34,143 nucleotides of DNA, taken from the IMG/VR virus record IMGVR_UViG_3300046779_001698, positions 1 through 34,143 of that record, one strand, 5' to 3'. Under the pieces are notes generated by a model. The model was not told where the DNA came from. It saw only the letters and a program-made list of their open reading frames with translations, and searched no databases. Within the stretch, counting starts at the first letter, position 1; every line of letters starts with the position of its first letter. Made by a program: the position numbers and the translations under genes. This DNA comes from a virus (lineage: Duplodnaviria; Caudoviricetes). Below are positions 1 to 7,648 of the stretch, piece by piece.

Positions 1-122
1 GTATTAAATTCATGCTCTAGCAAAGCAATTAAAAATTTAAATCCCGAAAGGGTTATATCGCTCACCACTGACTATTCTTGCTAGGGCTGGTTAATGGTGG
101 GCGAATATTTTTGGAGGGGAAA

Positions 123-1043
123 ATGGGAGTAAAAAGTAATTACTTCAGACACTCTTTTGACGCACACAATGATGCAAAAATAAGAAAACTAATTCAAAGG
201 TGCGGAGCGAAAGCATACGCCATTTATTTTGTTCTTTTGGAAGTATACTGCTCTAAGTTAAAAGACGATGACGGGCATGATGTTGAGCAGGAAATTGACC
301 TGAAGTTGGTTGGAAGTTACCTCGGACTTAGGTCAGACTCGGTTCATAGTTGCATGATAGTTATGGAAGAGTTGAAACTAATAGAGGCACTATCCCTAAA
401 GTACGACCAAACTATGATTAAACTATCCATTCCTAAGCTGTTGAAATATTACGGAAAGTACAAAAATGTATCGGACGAAAATTGCCCTAATAAAAGAAAA
501 GAAAAAGAAAGAAAAGAAAAAGAAAATAAAATATATTACAAAGGGGGTAAGGAGCTAGGCGTTATTCCGGTTCAATCCAAGTCTGAATTTTTTGAACCAA
601 TAGCGTTACAAACCGCTAGTCCGGAAAGCACTGCGACATCGACCAGCGTCGAGATCGCCAGGGTTAAAAATAACTCAACTCCTGCAGGTGATGAGTCCAA
701 ATTGGCCCGATTACGTACATGGGAATTTTATGAAAATGCCTATCTCTCCCGCTATGGTGTAAACCCAGTTCGAAATGCTAAGATCAATGGGCAAATTCGC
801 CAATTCGTTGAGCGTCTAGGGGCGGTGGAAGCTCCACTCGTCGCAAGATTCTATCTTTCGCATAACTCAGCTAAGTACGTTTCAAATGCTCATCCAGTTG
901 GATTCATGCTCTTAGATGCCGAAAAGCTCAGGACGGAATGGCTTAGAGGGAAGCAAATAACAGCAACGGAAGCACATAGTTCTGAAAATAAGCAGCAAAT
1001 CATCAACGCATTTAACAAGTTTTTAAAGCCGGAGGATCTATGA
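123..1043 (+). CDS. Phage replication initiator (DUF4373/Lin1244-like N-terminus, O-like C-terminus)
   Basis: N-term YFRHSFDAHNDAKIRKL..G..AYAIYFVLLE; K/E-rich linker; C-term YGVNPVRNAKINGQ..HPVGFMLLDAEKLRTEW. ATG at 123 follows SD GGAGGGG (113-119), preferred over TTG at 78. Confidence 0.8.
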   Translation: MGVKSNYFRHSFDAHNDAKIRKLIQRCGAKAYAIYFVLLEVYCSKLKDDDGHDVEQEIDLKLVGSYLGLRSDSVHSCMIVMEELKLIEALSLKYDQTMIKLSIPKLLKYYGKYKNVSDENCPNKRKEKERKEKENKIYYKGGKELGVIPVQSKSEFFEPIALQTASPESTATSTSVEIARVKNNSTPAGDESKLARLRTWEFYENAYLSRYGVNPVRNAKINGQIRQFVERLGAVEAPLVARFYLSHNSAKYVSNAHPVGFMLLDAEKLRTEWLRGKQITATEAHSSENKQQIINAFNKFLKPEDL

Positions 1044-1606
1044 AGAACCAAGAAGTGATTAAAGCATTGATGGCAATGGCCGTAATTTACAACAAAAACC
1101 TTAATGAGGCTGCGGTAAATCTTATGCTTGACGACCTTGAAAGCTATGAGCCTGAAAAAATTCTGTCAGCTTTAAAATTGTGTCGGCTTGAGATTAATCG
1201 TTTCCCAACTACTTCCGAAATTATTAAGCGAATTTATATCAAAACTGAATCTTCTCAGGGGCAAGAAATATTAGCTTCAATTTTTCATGCAATTTCATGG
1301 TTTGGTTATACCAATCCTCAAGGGGCAAGAAGAATAATTGGCGAGATTGGTTGGAAGGCTGTGAATAGCATGGGTGGATGGCAAAGACTATGCGACTCAC
1401 CCGCTGACGACGCTTCTATTTTACGGGCACAACTTAGAAAAGCCGTAGAATCTGCGGTTGAGGAAAATACAAGATGTGACGTTTTGGGAATTAAATTTGA
1501 AGGTTATCGCAGTGAAGAGCTTTTCTCTTCTAAAAAAGAACTCAAGCCAATGAGGCAGCTTGATTATTCCAGTTTTACTTCTGAGGAACCAGCCTCTCCT
1601 GAATGA
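1040..1606 (+). CDS. Helicase loader/inhibitor-like replication protein (G39P-like N-terminus, DUF6475-like)
   Basis: ATGA overlap with initiator, SD GGAGG; helical N-term ending RFPTTSEI; AVNSMGGWQRLC motif. Confidence 0.65.
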   Translation: MKNQEVIKALMAMAVIYNKNLNEAAVNLMLDDLESYEPEKILSALKLCRLEINRFPTTSEIIKRIYIKTESSQGQEILASIFHAISWFGYTNPQGARRIIGEIGWKAVNSMGGWQRLCDSPADDASILRAQLRKAVESAVEENTRCDVLGIKFEGYRSEELFSSKKELKPMRQLDYSSFTSEEPASPE

Positions 1607-1637
1607 GGAATTCAGCCAAATTTAAATTTAAGAGGAT

Positions 1638-2165
1638 ATGAAAATGAATCGAAATATTTTTGAAGCTATGTTTATAAAAATTACCACACAGTTTGGGGCA
1701 AAGAATTATTCACAGGACAAAATAAATCTAATTTACGATGAAGTTAAAAACATAACGCAGGATGACTTCAACAAAGTTATAATGCACCTGATCGGGAATT
1801 CTCGAATTTCGCCAAATTTGCAAGATTTTAGGCGGTCTATATCTGAACTAGGGGTGAGGCCCAAAAACAACGCCTCGAACGCATTAGAGTCCAATAGAGC
1901 CGTTCAAATTGAATCCATAACTAATTTTGAATTTCCGGTGTCTAAAAATATGTGGGCAAACAAAAAATATATTTTTATACGTGGCGAAAAATATCCTAAA
2001 TTTATGATGCGAGAAGACATAGAAGATGTAGCCCTAATAAAGAAAGTAGCCGAAGCAGAAAGTAGATATATCCCCATTTTTAAAAATCTTTGCGATCAGG
2101 ATTTCAATAATGGAACCAAAAAATTTAGCACCTACTATCAAGAGCTGTTAAAGAACTTCTCCTAG
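1638..2165 (+). CDS. Hypothetical protein, N-terminus resembles helicase-loader-inhibitor fold
   Basis: SD GAGG; pattern LIYDEVKNITQDDFNKVIMHLI..SRISPNLQDF parallels the previous gene. Confidence 0.5.
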   Translation: MKMNRNIFEAMFIKITTQFGAKNYSQDKINLIYDEVKNITQDDFNKVIMHLIGNSRISPNLQDFRRSISELGVRPKNNASNALESNRAVQIESITNFEFPVSKNMWANKKYIFIRGEKYPKFMMREDIEDVALIKKVAEAESRYIPIFKNLCDQDFNNGTKKFSTYYQELLKNFS

Positions 2166-2250
2166 ATAGAGAATGGGTGAGGTGTGCCTGTAAGGTTTAC
2201 AGGATGCCTGTCTGATACAAATGTAAGGTGTAAGATGCAAGGAGACAGTA

Positions 2251-2670
2251 ATGAGAAAGAGGAAGCTCTACAGGAGTTTAAGTAGGAAGACAGACGGTCC
2301 CATCCCGCACAAATTCCACGTCCACCACTGTGATTTTAATCACGAGAATAACCATCCAGACAACTTGGTTCAAATCCCGGCGGACCTCCACGCAGCCATC
2401 CACAGAAATCCTGAATATAAACCCTCCAAGAAAGAAATAATCGAAAGAATACTCCCAGGGTTTGATTCTCATGATGCTCGCATCAGAGAGAGCAAGGAGG
2501 CGATCTTGAGGGAAATGGAGGGGCTGACCAAGAGGATTTTTTATCATCCCGACAAATCCTATTTAATTGGAAGATGCAAGATGATTCTAAACAAAAAGAG
2601 GAATCTTAAGAGAAGTCTTTTTAAGAGTAGACCTCCGTGTAAGATAATTATGTCATCTGACATGGTGTGA
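2251..2670 (+). CDS. HNH endonuclease
   Basis: HVHHCDFNHENNHPDNLVQIPADLHAAIH motif; SD AAGGAG. Confidence 0.85.
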   Translation: MRKRKLYRSLSRKTDGPIPHKFHVHHCDFNHENNHPDNLVQIPADLHAAIHRNPEYKPSKKEIIERILPGFDSHDARIRESKEAILREMEGLTKRIFYHPDKSYLIGRCKMILNKKRNLKRSLFKSRPPCKIIMSSDMV

Positions 2671-2907
2671 CATAAGAAAATTGCATGATGGGTTACTATA
2701 TCGAAACTTTAAATCTATCGTTTTCTGACTTTGTGGGGACAGATTTTACAAACTTAAAATAAGCCATTCAAATATCTCTATGTGGGGGTACTTATGGAAG
2801 ATTTATTACTTTTAAGTAAAAGACGCCATATTAGTTGCTTTATCTAATTAATTTTGATTTATTATATTTAAGCAAGACACTTTTTTCATTTGACTCCTGA
2901 GTAGTAG

Positions 2908-2940
2908 AGCCGTCATTAAACCTGACGGCTTTTCTTTTTT
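2908..2940 (+). terminator. Rho-independent terminator
   Basis: Stem AGCCGTCA/TGACGGCT, 7-nt loop, then TTTCTTTTTT. Confidence 0.85.
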
Positions 2941-2941
2941 C

Positions 2942-2970
2942 TTTCAATTTAAACAGTTAGACCTCATTAT
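2942..2970 (+). promoter_or_regulatory. Possible sigma70 promoter for the exonuclease operon
   Basis: TTTCAA-17nt-CATTAT directly after the terminator. Confidence 0.35.
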
Positions 2971-2998
2971 TAAATAAACCCATTGCAAGGATGCACTG

Positions 2999-3964
2999 GT
3001 GAAAGTTGAGTTTCATGACCTTGTTTCAAGACTTAAAAGACTTGCCTCAGAGCTAGGACGCACCCCTACCAACTCTGAATTTGTTGCAAGTGGAGAGTCA
3101 AAAAGACAAATCCTTAAACACAAATACTCCGAGTTAGTTAAAGCTGCCGGGCTTAAACCAAATAAACACGCTCAATCAACCCCTCCAGTTGAAGTCATCC
3201 AAAAGCCACCTAAGATATTATGTTTTGATTTAGAACTAGCACCTCTCATCTTACAGGGTTGGGGTTTATACGATCAAAACTTCGGTTTAAATCAAATTCA
3301 GCAAGACTGGTTTATCCTATCTTTCGCTGCCAAATTTCTTGATGAGGATGAAATCCATTACTTTGACCAAAGAAATACTAATCCAATAAGTAATGATCTT
3401 GAGTTAGTTGAAAAGCTTTATAAGTTAGTCGATCAATCTGATGTCGTGCTGGGTCATAATCTTTTAAAATTTGACCTAAGAAAGCTTAATTCTAGATTTA
3501 TCTACCATAAAATGATGCCTCTTCCACCTAAGCAAACAATCGATACATTAAAGATTGCTAGAAAGCATTTCTCATTTACAAGCAACAAGCTTGAATACCT
3601 GGCCAAATTCCTAGACTGCCAAGAAAAGTCAAGGCATCACTCATTTTCTGGTCATGATCTTTGGTCACAATGCTTATCTGGGAGCCAAGAAGCTTTTAAA
3701 GAGATGGAAGCTTATAATAAACAGGATATTATCACCACGATTGAAGTTTATAATCGGCTTGCTTCTTTTGATCCCACAATTAATTTTCAAGCTTATCAAC
3801 AAAAAAGAGTTTGCACGTGCGGATCAACCGAGTTTCATAAAAATGGGCTTAAATATCTTAAGTCTGGCATTTACCAGATCCACCGATGCTTTAAATGCGG
3901 AAAAAACTTTGTAGCAAAAGAAAATCTTATCTCTAAATCCACCAGGGAAGGACTATTCAAATGA
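2999..3964 (+). CDS. RNase H-fold (DnaQ/YprB-like) 3'-5' exonuclease with N-terminal helical repeat and C-terminal Zn ribbon
   Basis: ExoI FDLE, ExoII GHNLLKFD, ExoIII YNKQDI motifs; C-term CTC...CFKC; N-term LKRLASELGRTPT resembles the homing-endonuclease-associated repeat; GTG start. Confidence 0.85.
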   Translation: MKVEFHDLVSRLKRLASELGRTPTNSEFVASGESKRQILKHKYSELVKAAGLKPNKHAQSTPPVEVIQKPPKILCFDLELAPLILQGWGLYDQNFGLNQIQQDWFILSFAAKFLDEDEIHYFDQRNTNPISNDLELVEKLYKLVDQSDVVLGHNLLKFDLRKLNSRFIYHKMMPLPPKQTIDTLKIARKHFSFTSNKLEYLAKFLDCQEKSRHHSFSGHDLWSQCLSGSQEAFKEMEAYNKQDIITTIEVYNRLASFDPTINFQAYQQKRVCTCGSTEFHKNGLKYLKSGIYQIHRCFKCGKNFVAKENLISKSTREGLFK

Positions 3965-4272
3965 AAAAAAGAATTCCTAAAACGCTTACAATTTTAGGTA
4001 GAAAATATAAACTTCGCTTTGTTAGCGAGAAAAAGATGATTGAATTAATCGAAGCTCCAGCATGGGCGGCGGTTGACTTTACCAATAAGCAGATCCTTAT
4101 CCAGGAAACACTTTCAGAAGAAGAGATGATGATTTCTTTGATCCATGAAATAGGGCATATTGCTCATGTGACAAGTGGGCTAAATCAAATCATTCCTCAA
4201 GATATCTGTGAGATTATTTGTGAGACATCAGCAAATGCATTTCTTGATCTTATAAGATCAATCCACAAATGA
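3961..4272 (+). CDS. Small HExxH metallopeptidase (ImmA/IrrE-like fold)
   Basis: SLIHEIGH motif plus downstream Glu (CE); ATGA coupling. Confidence 0.7.
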   Translation: MKKRIPKTLTILGRKYKLRFVSEKKMIELIEAPAWAAVDFTNKQILIQETLSEEEMMISLIHEIGHIAHVTSGLNQIIPQDICEIICETSANAFLDLIRSIHK

Positions 4273-4484
4273 CTGCTCAAGTTATCTTTATAAATACGCA
4301 TTATTATCCCGACATTGAGGAAAGAAGACGCTTGCAATTAATGCAGGATAAGCTTCATTTTACGTTAATAGAGTTGGCATTTCAGACAAGAGAAGAGTCC
4401 AGATATCAACAAGTCATCACCAAGATTTCATACCATGAGAAATTTAGAAAGAAGTGGAAAATAATTAATGGGGATAAAGAATAA
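4269..4484 (+). CDS. Hypothetical protein
   Basis: 71-aa ORF with ATGA overlap. Confidence 0.55.
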   Translation: MTAQVIFINTHYYPDIEERRRLQLMQDKLHFTLIELAFQTREESRYQQVITKISYHEKFRKKWKIINGDKE

Positions 4485-4671
4485 CTCTCATTTCTTTTAA
4501 GTTAAACTATTGTAACTATTGATAATTTTTTAATGGGGTAATCAAAAATGATTCATCCCTCCCTACAAAATCATGCAAAATTGTAGTGAGGGTTGATGAC
4601 TAAACTTTACGAGGTAAAGTCACGTCAATTGACTAAACTTATCTTTATAAACAATTTACATATCTTTAAGA

Positions 4672-4700
4672 TTGATTTACTTTATCTAGAAAATTAGTTT
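4672..4700 (+). promoter_or_regulatory. Putative sigma70 promoter of the XRE gene
   Basis: TTGATT-17nt-TAGTTT. Confidence 0.5.
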
Positions 4701-4712
4701 AAAAGGTATGAC

Positions 4713-4979
4713 ATGAGAATTATCAATAAGAGAATAGCTGAATATATGTTTAGAAGACGTATTGAGCTTAACTTAACCCAGCAAGATCTGGCGACTAACA
4801 TCTTTGGTATTAACAGGAACGCTCAATTTATATCAAATTTAGAGCGTGGTAAGTGCCAATTCCCTCCAAGGCATCTAAAGAAGCTTGCGACATATTTAGA
4901 CGTAAGCATTGATGAACTTGCTAGGCTTATGGCCGAAGATTATGAGGAGAGCATCTTGCATGAAAATGGGGAATTATAA
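4713..4979 (+). CDS. XRE-family helix-turn-helix regulator
   Basis: RRIELNLTQQDLA..QFISNLERGK..P..LKKLATYLDVS. Confidence 0.9.
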   Translation: MRIINKRIAEYMFRRRIELNLTQQDLATNIFGINRNAQFISNLERGKCQFPPRHLKKLATYLDVSIDELARLMAEDYEESILHENGEL

Positions 4980-5002
4980 ACAGAAATAACAAAGGGCAGA
5001 AA

Positions 5003-5194
5003 ATGAGTGAATTGATTTTAAATGGTATTGAGTACGTAAGAAAAGATTCTACTGAAATATTAGAGAATGAAATTAAAAAACTAAAAAAAGAATTATTACA
5101 AGAAAATGTTAAAATACATGGAATGCTTGTACAAATAGCTATTTTAAAAGAAAAAGTTGCAGCATTCGAATTAAAAGAATTGTTTAAAGCATAA
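5003..5194 (+). CDS. Hypothetical coiled-coil protein
   Basis: 63-aa ORF in operon, heptad-like L/E/K pattern. Confidence 0.55.
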   Translation: MSELILNGIEYVRKDSTEILENEIKKLKKELLQENVKIHGMLVQIAILKEKVAAFELKELFKA

Positions 5195-5204
5195 AAGAGA
5201 ATAA

Positions 5205-5477
5205 GTGAATTATAAATCCGACAAGCCATGCGTTGTATGTGGTGAGGCCAGGGAAGATTACGTGACCATGCATCACGTTTATAGTCGTAAGGCATTTTTC
5301 GAGTACAAAGACAAGGACTGGAATAAAGCCCCTCTGTGTTTTCTATGTCACACAGAGTGTCATACAAGAGGAAATCAAGAATTTGCCAAAAGAAATAAAG
5401 GATTTGCAGATTGGCTTAAAGAAAATGGTTGGATTGTATTTAACGGCAAGCTAATCAACAGGAATATGTATGAATAG
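5205..5477 (+). CDS. Small Zn-binding HNH-type nuclease
   Basis: CVVCG..MHHV..WN..PLCFLCHTECH. Confidence 0.75.
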   Translation: MNYKSDKPCVVCGEAREDYVTMHHVYSRKAFFEYKDKDWNKAPLCFLCHTECHTRGNQEFAKRNKGFADWLKENGWIVFNGKLINRNMYE

Positions 5478-5715
5478 AAACCAGATTATTGATGCCATGA
5501 TAGAATGGAAAAAGCAAAACGATAAAGCTCATCATTTACCAGAGGAAAGATACTGGGATCTAGTTATTGATTACATGGAGAACGAACTAGAATTTACTCA
5601 TGCAAGACTCTTGATGGATGACATTGATAATCTCAAGGATCAAGTTAATAAGCTTAATAAACTCAATGAGCATTTAAGAAAAGAGCTTACTCACGCTCTT
5701 GGATTTCACGACTAA
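5470..5715 (+). CDS. Hypothetical protein
   Basis: 81-aa ORF, SD AGGA, C-terminal coiled coil. Confidence 0.6.
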   Translation: MNRNQIIDAMIEWKKQNDKAHHLPEERYWDLVIDYMENELEFTHARLLMDDIDNLKDQVNKLNKLNEHLRKELTHALGFHD

Positions 5716-5718
5716 GTA

Positions 5719-5746
5719 TTGACAAATAAAAGCAATGAGTTAGCCT
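5719..5746 (+). promoter_or_regulatory. Putative late-operon promoter
   Basis: Perfect TTGACA, 16-nt spacer, TAGCCT; upstream of packaging genes. Confidence 0.5.
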
Positions 5747-5752
5747 GAAGTA

Positions 5753-5787
5753 AGTCCAGTGGACTAAAACTTTCTTCCCAGTGGGAA
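5753..5787 (+). repeat. Tandem CC-AGT-GG inverted repeats (pair 1)
   Basis: AGTCC-AGT-GGACT (5753-5765) and TTCCC-AGT-GGGAA (5775-5787); centres 22 nt apart. Confidence 0.75.
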
Positions 5788-5797
5788 AAAGGCACTC

Positions 5798-6004
5798 ATG
5801 ACTTACAAAGAGATTGGTAGCATCGAAGCTATTTTATCTTCAATCAACACCTTAAAGGATGGATCGGTTAAGATATCCTTTGAAGTAAATCCTCAAGATC
5901 AGTCAGTCATTAATAAGCTCATGAATAGTTACCTTATGGGAGATAAGCTTTTTACGCTTGGCATAGTGCAAGGCGAAACTTTCAGCAAGGATACAAATGT
6001 TTAA
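5798..6004 (+). CDS. Hypothetical protein, first gene of packaging operon
   Basis: 68-aa ORF overlapping the terminase small subunit start. Confidence 0.65.
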   Translation: MTYKEIGSIEAILSSINTLKDGSVKISFEVNPQDQSVINKLMNSYLMGDKLFTLGIVQGETFSKDTNV

Positions 6005-6317
6005 GAAAGGGCAAAGTGGTAATCCAGCAGGGAAGCCAAAGTCTTTATACAAGAATGAATTTGATGATCTTATAAGAAAAAAGAAAATGCACGAGCAAGG
6101 ATTGGCAATTCTTGGAGAGTCTTGGGATAGCATAGTTAGATCAATGGTTAATCATGCTGTCAGAGGAAATGTTCAAGCGGCGGTCTTTTTGAGAGATACC
6201 TTTATTGGTAAGCCCAAAGAGACAATAAGCCATGATCTTGCAGACAAGGGCATTAAGGTGACTCTTGCTTATAGTGATGAAAAGGTGAATGATGACGCCT
6301 CTTCTTCAGGAGTTTAA
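5997..6317 (+). CDS. terS: Terminase small subunit (DUF5681-like N-terminus)
   Basis: FKKGQSGNPAGKPK motif, GNVQAAVFLRD..GKPKE; directly before large subunit. Confidence 0.8.
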   Translation: MFKKGQSGNPAGKPKSLYKNEFDDLIRKKKMHEQGLAILGESWDSIVRSMVNHAVRGNVQAAVFLRDTFIGKPKETISHDLADKGIKVTLAYSDEKVNDDASSSGV

Positions 6318-7647
6318 TCCAAAGCTAGTTCCTTGGCAGTTTCAAGCTATCTCATTTTATAATTCATTTGATTATTCCAATGGAATTCTAGAAATGCTGA
6401 TGAGTGGATCAATTGGATCTGCTAAATCTATTTGTGCAGCTCATTTGATTGCACTTCATGCCATTAAAAACGAAGGATCAAGGCAATTAGTTCTTAGAAG
6501 AGCTTTAAAGGATCTTAAAAGGACTTTATGGCAGACTTTAATAAGTCATATAGCCGACGTTCCACAACTCATTAAAGAGTACAATAAATCAGAAATGAGA
6601 ATTACCTTTGCCAATGGGTCAGAGATTATTGGTGATTCATACGACAAAGGAGACCTGGAAAAGTTTAGGTCATTAGAGTTAAGTGGTGTGACAATAGAAG
6701 AGGCATCCGAGTCAAATAAAGAGCTTTATGATGCGATTAAAATGAGGGTTGGGCGATTAAATAAGATAGAAGAAAATTATGTTTTATGCCTAACCAATCC
6801 TGACGAACCTTCCCATTATTTATACAAAGAGTTTATTGAAAAAGAATCAAAGAATAAAAAGGTTTTTTACTCGTTAACGGAGCAAAATCCATTTCTTCCT
6901 AAATGGTACATTGAAAATTTAAGGAATGATCTTGATCCAATGATGGCGAAGAGGATGCTTCAGGGTCAATGGATTTCAATCCAGGGTCAAACTCCTTACT
7001 ATGCCTATGATACAAATAAACAATTCCTTAAAAATAAAACTTATAAGATTAATCCAGGCTATCCTCTAGACTTCTTTCATGATTTTAACATCGGAGAAGG
7101 CAAGGCAATGTCATCTGGTTATGGGCAAGTAATAAATGGAGTTTTCCACATTGGGAAAAGCTTTGTTGTTGAAGGTTTTAATACTGAGCAAATAGTTGAT
7201 GAGATGATTGAGGATGGATGCCTTGAGGAAGTGCTTGAAGTAAGAATTTTTGGTGATAGGAACGGAAAAAATAATGACACAAGAAGTTCAAGAACCGATT
7301 ACGATATAATCATGAAGAAGCTTCAAAATTATAGAAAGAAAAATGGAGTTTCTTTATCTGTTAAACTCCAGGTTCCAAATGAAAACCCTCCAGTTAGATC
7401 AAGGCAAAACATTGTTAATGCTCATTGTCTTAATGAAAATGGTGATGTTAGACTTTACGTGTATAAAGAAGCTGCTAAGGTTGATGAGGGATTTAGGTTG
7501 ACCAAAATTAAAAAAGGTTCAAGCTATCAAGAAGACGATAATAACGACTATCAACACATAGTCAGTGCTATTGGTTACTATATTTATTATTATAAAAACT
7601 CAACAGAGAAGATCGGATCTTTAAGGCCGTTTGTTCAAAGAAGGTAA
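6289..7647 (+). CDS. terL: Terminase large subunit (PBSX/SPP1-like)
   Basis: Walker A GSIGSAKS, Walker B VTIEEA, LTNP coupling motif, nuclease HDFN. Confidence 0.95.
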   Translation: MMTPLLQEFNPKLVPWQFQAISFYNSFDYSNGILEMLMSGSIGSAKSICAAHLIALHAIKNEGSRQLVLRRALKDLKRTLWQTLISHIADVPQLIKEYNKSEMRITFANGSEIIGDSYDKGDLEKFRSLELSGVTIEEASESNKELYDAIKMRVGRLNKIEENYVLCLTNPDEPSHYLYKEFIEKESKNKKVFYSLTEQNPFLPKWYIENLRNDLDPMMAKRMLQGQWISIQGQTPYYAYDTNKQFLKNKTYKINPGYPLDFFHDFNIGEGKAMSSGYGQVINGVFHIGKSFVVEGFNTEQIVDEMIEDGCLEEVLEVRIFGDRNGKNNDTRSSRTDYDIIMKKLQNYRKKNGVSLSVKLQVPNENPPVRSRQNIVNAHCLNENGDVRLYVYKEAAKVDEGFRLTKIKKGSSYQEDDNNDYQHIVSAIGYYIYYYKNSTEKIGSLRPFVQRR

Positions 7648-7648
7648 C

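Noticed and set aside
491-530. AAAGAAAA repeats as iterons or a CRISPR-like array
   Set aside because: Low-complexity K/E-coding linker typical of initiators; no spacers; an origin role cannot be supported from sequence alone
612-630. ACCGCTAGT..CCG similarity to 11801-11818
   Set aside because: Short match explained by similar T-A-S-(S)-P codons; the first copy forms no equivalent hairpin
2671-2850. Short ORFs (17-25 aa) in the intergenic gap
   Set aside because: No motif or coupling evidence; indistinguishable from chance
5753-5787. Iron-responsive element (CAGUG loop)
   Set aside because: Lacks the sixth loop nucleotide and the bulged C on a longer stem; the resemblance is superficial
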